Shown one piece after another: positions 60,926 to 64,000 of a stretch of DNA of 64,000 bases. The notes below the pieces were generated by a model. The model ran no database searches. It was not told where the DNA came from and worked only from the letters and a program-made list of their open reading frames with translations. The DNA comes from Bacteroidota bacterium (GTDB taxonomy: Bacteria > Bacteroidota > Ignavibacteria > UBA10030 > UBA6906): the NCBI GenBank assembly GCA_040756745.1, contig JBFLYO010000003.1, positions 15,072-79,071 on the forward strand, in the 5' to 3' direction. Position 1 is the stretch's first letter. Every line of letters starts with the position of its first letter. The translations under genes were made by a program, and so were the position numbers.

Positions 60926-61836
60926 TGCGGCATTGCGAGGATTACCTTCATTTCCTCGTCCTCGAAAAGAACGCCTCGCGCAATACCATTGCTTCGTACC
61001 GTCTCGACATCGGCCGGTACCTCCGCTTCCTGGAAGAGCGCGGCATCACGCAGCCCGGCCGGGTTGAGTCGGCTCACGTCGTGGCCTTTCTCGACACGCT
61101 GCGCGCTGCAAAGCTCTCGCCTCGTTCGGTCACCCGGTGCATCTCTTCGCTGAACGGCTTCCACAAGTTCCTGATCGGCGAAGGCCTTGTAACGGTCAAT
61201 CCGGTAGAAACCGTCGACGTCCCCAAACTCCAGCGGTCGCTCCCCGACGTTCTGAGTCAGGCGGAGGTGGAGTCGATTCTCAATCAGTTCGACCGTGAGC
61301 CCGCCCCTGCCAGCAGCCGGAAGCGGATGTTGCTGTTGCGGGACCGCGCCATCCTGGAAGTGTTGTATGCCACCGGCATCCGGGTCTCCGAGCTGATCAT
61401 CCTGAAACAACGTGACATTCTTGAATCGCAGGGGATCGTGCGCGTGTTCGGCAAGGGATCGAAGGAGCGCCTCGTGCCGATCGGGAAATCCGCGCTCTAC
61501 TGGATCGGCCGGTATCGCAGCGAGTGCCGCGCACTGCTGGAGACCCGGGGAGGCGGGCAGGATGCGCTCTTCCTCAATGCGCGGGGGAAGCCAATGACGC
61601 GGATGGCCATCTGGAAGATCACGCAATCATACACCCGCAAGGCGGGGATCGACAAGGAGGTGCATCCCCATACGTTCCGGCATTCGTTTGCGACACACCT
61701 GCTCGAAGGAGGAGCCGACCTGCGCGCAGTCCAGGAGATGCTGGGACATTCCGACATCTCCACGACGCAGATCTACACGCACATCGACCGGGAGTATCTC
61801 AAGGAAGTCCACCGGACGTATCACCCGCGGGGGTGA
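60922..61836 (+). CDS. xerD: tyrosine recombinase XerD/XerC
   Basis: N-terminal SAM-like domain and a C-terminal catalytic domain with R...HxxR...Y (LGHSDISTTQIYTHI). Confidence 0.9.
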   Translation: MMRHCEDYLHFLVLEKNASRNTIASYRLDIGRYLRFLEERGITQPGRVESAHVVAFLDTLRAAKLSPRSVTRCISSLNGFHKFLIGEGLVTVNPVETVDVPKLQRSLPDVLSQAEVESILNQFDREPAPASSRKRMLLLRDRAILEVLYATGIRVSELIILKQRDILESQGIVRVFGKGSKERLVPIGKSALYWIGRYRSECRALLETRGGGQDALFLNARGKPMTRMAIWKITQSYTRKAGIDKEVHPHTFRHSFATHLLEGGADLRAVQEMLGHSDISTTQIYTHIDREYLKEVHRTYHPRG

Positions 61837-61872
61837 TGTCATGATCTTACACTGATTGGCGCGAGCACTGCC

Positions 61873-63330
61873 ATGCACACATCGCAGCTCAGCGGGCATG
61901 CTGTCCGGGTCGCCGAGCTCCGCGGGGAGATCGTGGGGATCGACACCCGCGTCCCGGTCCTCAACGGGACCGAGCGTCCGTACGTCTTTCTCGACAATGC
62001 GGCAAGCACGCCGGCGTTCCGCGGAGTTCTGAAGGCGATCGGGGACTTCCTCCCCTGGTACTCCGGGGTGCACCGGGGCACCGGCTTCAAGTCGCTTCTT
62101 GCGACGGAGGTCTTCGACGCCGCGCATGACGCCGTCGGCGCCTTCGTTGGTGCCGATCCCACGACGAACACGGTCATCTTCACGAAGAACACGACGGAGT
62201 GCGTGAACAAGCTGGCGAACCGGTTCACCTTCCGGACGGGGGACGTGGTGGTGACGACGTTGATGGAGCACCATTCCAACGACCTGCCGTGGCGGAAGCA
62301 CGCCCGCGTTGTTCACGTCGGGATCACGGCCGACGGGCGGCTGGATCTGCATGCCCTGCGCGCTGCATTGGCGCGTGAGAAGGGACGCGTCAGACTTGTC
62401 GCGGTGAACGGTGCCTCCAACATCACAGGACTGTGCTCACCCATCCATGACATCGCGACGTGGACGCACGAAGCGGGGGCGAGAATGTTTGTGGATGCGG
62501 CGCAGCTGGCGCCGCACCGGCCCATCGACATGCGTCCGGACGACGATCCGGGACACATCGACTTCCTTGCCCTGTCGGCCCACAAAATGTACGCTCCCTT
62601 CGGCACCGGGGCGCTTGTGGGACCGGCGTCATTCTTCCGGGAAGGGGAACCGGATCTTGTCGGAGGTGGCGTAGTGGATGTTGTGACGCTCGATCGTGCG
62701 GTATGGAACAAGCCGCCTCACAAAGAGGAGGCAGGGAGTCCGAACGTGCTCGGGGGCGTCGCGCTCGCGGCGGCCATCAGAGTTTTGCGTGGGGTCGGCA
62801 TGGACGCGATTGCGGCGCATGAACGTGAGCTGCTGGAATACGGGTACGCAAAGCTGAAGAAGATCAGCAACATTCGGTTGTACGGCCCGACCGACCGGCT
62901 CGAGGAAAAGGTCGGCGTCATGACGTTCAACGTCGGCGACATGCATCATTCGCTCGTTGCGGCGATCCTGGGCACCGAGGGAGGGATCGGGGTCCGCGAT
63001 GGCTGCTTCTGTGCACATCCGTACGTCAAGGAGCTGTTGCGCGTCTCCCCGGCCGATGATGCCGTGCTGACGGCGGAGGTCATTGCAGGAGACAAATCAC
63101 GCATGCCCGGCATGGTGCGCGCGAGCCTGGGCTGTTACAACACGACCGGGGACATCGATGCCCTGGCCGAGATGCTGGAACGCGTGGCTGCGGGAGAATA
63201 CAAGGGACGGTACGTGCAGAACAGGGCAACGGGAGCGTTCCGGGCAGAGGGATTCGAGGTCGACTTCAGCAAGTACTGTTCGCTGGCCGTCCCCGGCGTT
63301 ACGGAGCGGACACATTCCGAAGCATCGTGA
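61873..63330 (+). CDS. aminotransferase class V-fold PLP-dependent enzyme (cysteine desulfurase/selenocysteine lyase-like)
   Basis: PLP-lysine region ALSAHKMYAPFGTGAL, HH and a conserved Cys (GCFCAHPY) in a class-V fold pattern. Confidence 0.75.
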   Translation: MHTSQLSGHAVRVAELRGEIVGIDTRVPVLNGTERPYVFLDNAASTPAFRGVLKAIGDFLPWYSGVHRGTGFKSLLATEVFDAAHDAVGAFVGADPTTNTVIFTKNTTECVNKLANRFTFRTGDVVVTTLMEHHSNDLPWRKHARVVHVGITADGRLDLHALRAALAREKGRVRLVAVNGASNITGLCSPIHDIATWTHEAGARMFVDAAQLAPHRPIDMRPDDDPGHIDFLALSAHKMYAPFGTGALVGPASFFREGEPDLVGGGVVDVVTLDRAVWNKPPHKEEAGSPNVLGGVALAAAIRVLRGVGMDAIAAHERELLEYGYAKLKKISNIRLYGPTDRLEEKVGVMTFNVGDMHHSLVAAILGTEGGIGVRDGCFCAHPYVKELLRVSPADDAVLTAEVIAGDKSRMPGMVRASLGCYNTTGDIDALAEMLERVAAGEYKGRYVQNRATGAFRAEGFEVDFSKYCSLAVPGVTERTHSEAS

Positions 63331-63995
63331 TCAACGAACTCCCGGTCCTTCCAATCCTGCTGTTCTCGGCGATCGTCCATGAGATCGCCCACGGGTGGGT
63401 GGCGCTGCGCCTTGGCGACCCGACCGCCCGCGACCTCGGGCGGTTAACGCTCAACCCGATCCCGCACATCGACCCGGTCGGATCCGTGCTGGTACCACTT
63501 GTGTCGCTCGTGGCGGCAGGGCATGTGTTCATCGCCTGGGCGAAGCCGGTGCCGGTAAACCCGGGGAACTTTCTGAACCCGCGGCGCGACAATGTGCTCG
63601 TGTCGGCTGCAGGACCGGCGTCGAACCTGGTGCTTGCGCTCGTGTGCTCAGTCGCCGTCATCCTGTTTGCCGCGCTCACGCGCGCCGCAGGGGGGGGAGG
63701 GCCTGAGATGGTGAACGATCTTCTGCACTTCATGGTGACGATGTTCTACGGGGGTGTCTACATGAATGTGGTGCTGGCCGTCTTTAATACCCTCCCCATC
63801 CCGCCGCTGGACGGGTCGCATCTGCTGGCTGCCGCCCTGCCCGCCGACGCCGCTCAGCAGTACATGAGGATTGGGTTTCTGGGCGTCATCCTGTTTCTCT
63901 TTCTTTTGAGAGTGCCGGCCGTCGCGCAGACATTCATGGCCCTCATCGGAGCCGTCTTCAGTCCGTTCCGCGCACTCGTGGAATTCTTTGTGTAA
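63327..63995 (+). CDS. site-2 protease family zinc metalloprotease (M50)
   Basis: HExxH in a TM segment (VHEIAHGW) and an LDG motif (PPLDGSHLL). It is polytopic. Confidence 0.8.
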   Translation: MINELPVLPILLFSAIVHEIAHGWVALRLGDPTARDLGRLTLNPIPHIDPVGSVLVPLVSLVAAGHVFIAWAKPVPVNPGNFLNPRRDNVLVSAAGPASNLVLALVCSVAVILFAALTRAAGGGGPEMVNDLLHFMVTMFYGGVYMNVVLAVFNTLPIPPLDGSHLLAAALPADAAQQYMRIGFLGVILFLFLLRVPAVAQTFMALIGAVFSPFRALVEFFV

Positions 63996-64000
63996 GCGAG

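Noticed and set aside
60922-61836. XerD tyrosine recombinase as evidence of an integrated mobile element
   Set aside because: It has the chromosomal XerC/D architecture. No flanking direct repeats, phage or IS genes are present, and the neighbouring genes are housekeeping.

Overview
The window is 64 kb of high-GC (about 64-65%) bacterial chromosome. Gene content and order suggest a Gram-negative member of the Bacteroidota/Rhodothermota/Ignavibacteriota/Gemmatimonadota superphylum. The supporting signs are lipoboxes, C-terminal-Phe beta-barrel outer membrane proteins, DUF3857/transglutaminase and DUF5916 proteins, a futalosine-pathway MqnA-like gene, and an atpIBEFHAG operon that lacks atpDC.

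Most of the window is densely packed housekeeping DNA:
- a partial ABC-F ATPase and rlmD;
- a GT4 glycosyltransferase;
- an M23 peptidase and bactofilin directly upstream of atpZ-atpI-atpBEFHAG;
- the ffh-rpsP-KH-rimM-trmD-rplS operon;
- mqnA-like, recN, cysS, penicillin acylase, cobB sirtuin and pyk;
- a minus-strand ligA-rodZ-like-hybrid kinase block, hup and a DinG-family helicase;
- an acpS/HAD/histidine-kinase minus-strand operon;
- PgpH-like 7TM-HD, xerD, a class-V aminotransferase and a site-2 protease.

The most interesting accessory content is listed below.

1. The cluster at 52.9-58.4 kb. It encodes a histidine kinase whose periplasmic sensor carries a CxxCH heme motif, a sigma-54-dependent response regulator, an ECF sigma factor, a signal-peptide protein with CQSCH followed by about 330 residues of beta-rich sequence (a Cyc2-like fused porin-cytochrome candidate), and a small PSCyt1-type monoheme cytochrome c. 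Together these read as a putative regulated outer-membrane electron-transfer module.
2. Two families of short dispersed intergenic repeats. One combines (CCTTAA)n/AAGGTTAAGG, GAGATTGAGAT and GTAGGCAGAARTCAGAA units. The other is a palindromic TCCGCAATCCGCA element. They flank pyk, the DUF2147 gene, tRNA-Pro(GGG), merR, hup and the cyc2-like gene.
3. A 3.8 kb minus-strand stretch in which four consecutive DUF3857/transglutaminase-like ORFs share one reading frame and are separated only by single stop codons.
4. An amidohydrolase whose conserved N-terminus lies upstream of any canonical start codon.
5. A Tyr/Trp/Gly-rich repeat lipoprotein sandwiched between two outer-membrane beta-barrel genes.

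I did not recognise a CRISPR array, prophage, IS element or rRNA gene. Many long ORFs in the six-frame track are antisense shadows typical of high-GC DNA.

Two printed lines (33181-33300) appear to carry a 1-nt formatting glitch relative to the ORF track. I trusted the track coordinates there.
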